Source of the DNA: Octopus sinensis
Taxonomy: Eukaryota
Reading direction: 5' to 3'
Length of the DNA stretch: 64,000 nucleotides
NCBI RefSeq assembly: GCF_006345805.1
Contig: NC_043000.1
Span: 57,288,001 to 57,352,000 of the forward strand
This document shows positions 63,251 through 64,000 of the stretch, one piece after another (within the stretch, counting starts at the first letter, position 1; each line of letters starts with the position of its first letter). The translations under genes were made by a program, and so were the position numbers. The notes beneath the pieces were generated by a model. It was not told the origin of the DNA, did not search any database, and saw only the letters and a list, made by a program, of their open reading frames with translations.

Positions 63251-64000
63251 AATCAAAATAGATGAACATCAATGGAATCTGTATCTTTGTGGTACCAGTG
63301 CCGGTGGCACACAAGAGAACCATCCGAACGTGGCCGTAGCCAGTTCCGCATCGACCGGCCTCCGTGCTGTGGGCACGTAACAAACACCATCCGATCATGG
63401 CCGTTCGCCAGCCTCATCTGGCACCTGTGTCGGTGGCACATAAAAACACCTTCCGAAGACCCAGCAAGACTAGTCAGTCCACCTGTGCATACCTTCCTTC
63501 TTGTGACACTTGTGAAGACCGGTTGAGGCAAGTGAAAATCAAATCAAATCAAAATAGACAAAATAGATGAACATCAATGGAATTTGTATCTTGTGGTACC
63601 AGTGCCTGTGGCACACAAGAAATCCATCAGTGCCGTAGTCAGTGCGGTGGGCACATGACAAACACCATCCGATCATGGCCATTCGCCAGCCTCATCTAGC
63701 GCCTGTGTCGGTGGCACATAAAAACACCATCCGAAGACCCAGCAAGACTAGTCAGGCCATAACCCATGGCCCCTACCTGGGACGTAGTCAGTCCACCTGT
63801 GCATACCTTCCTTCTTGTGACACTTGTGAAGACCTGTTGAGACCAGTGAAAATCAAAACAAATCAAAATAGATGAACAGCAATGGAATTTGTATCTTTGT
63901 GGTACCAGTGCCGGTGGCACGTGGCACATAAGAAAACCATCCGAACGTGGCCGTAGCCAGTACCGCATCGACTGGCCTCCGTGCTGTGGGCACGTAACAA
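63251..64000 (+). repeat. Tandem array with a 305-bp period, at least 2.5 units, running off the window
   Basis: ATAGATGAACA recurs at 63258, 63563 and 63868. Confidence 0.9.

Noticed and set aside
63251-64000. CRISPR-like repeat-spacer array
   Set aside because: Eukaryotic context; the sequences between modules are themselves repeated rather than unique spacers; no cas genes.

Overview
AT-rich eukaryotic DNA, most likely an octopod cephalopod (Octopus-like). That assignment rests on my recognition of the repeat families, not on a search. I can support two protein-coding genes, both on the minus strand. (1) The 5' two-thirds of FAF1, from the ATG at 36273 down to the UAS-domain exon at 296-450. 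Ten coding exons were assembled by hand with canonical GT-AG sites and consistent phases. The gene continues past the left edge, and I found no second ubiquitin-like domain. (2) The last coding exon of a neurensin-like gene (59699-60199), whose upstream exon(s) I did not find in the window. The rest is mostly transposon debris: RTE, CR1, Tx1/L1-like and Penelope-like retroelements, several SINE families, piggyBac-type elements with TTAA duplications, other inverted-repeat elements and compound microsatellites, often nested in one another. The most unusual structures are four long intramolecular inverted repeats (one ~600 bp and near-perfect, with a decayed hammerhead-ribozyme motif in each arm), an inverted repeat pair bracketing three frame-preserving FAF1 exons, and a 305-bp tandem array at the right edge. 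I found no compelling evidence for a wholly new protein-coding system. Most ORFs in the supplied track are repeat or microsatellite artefacts. Repeat boundaries are approximate.
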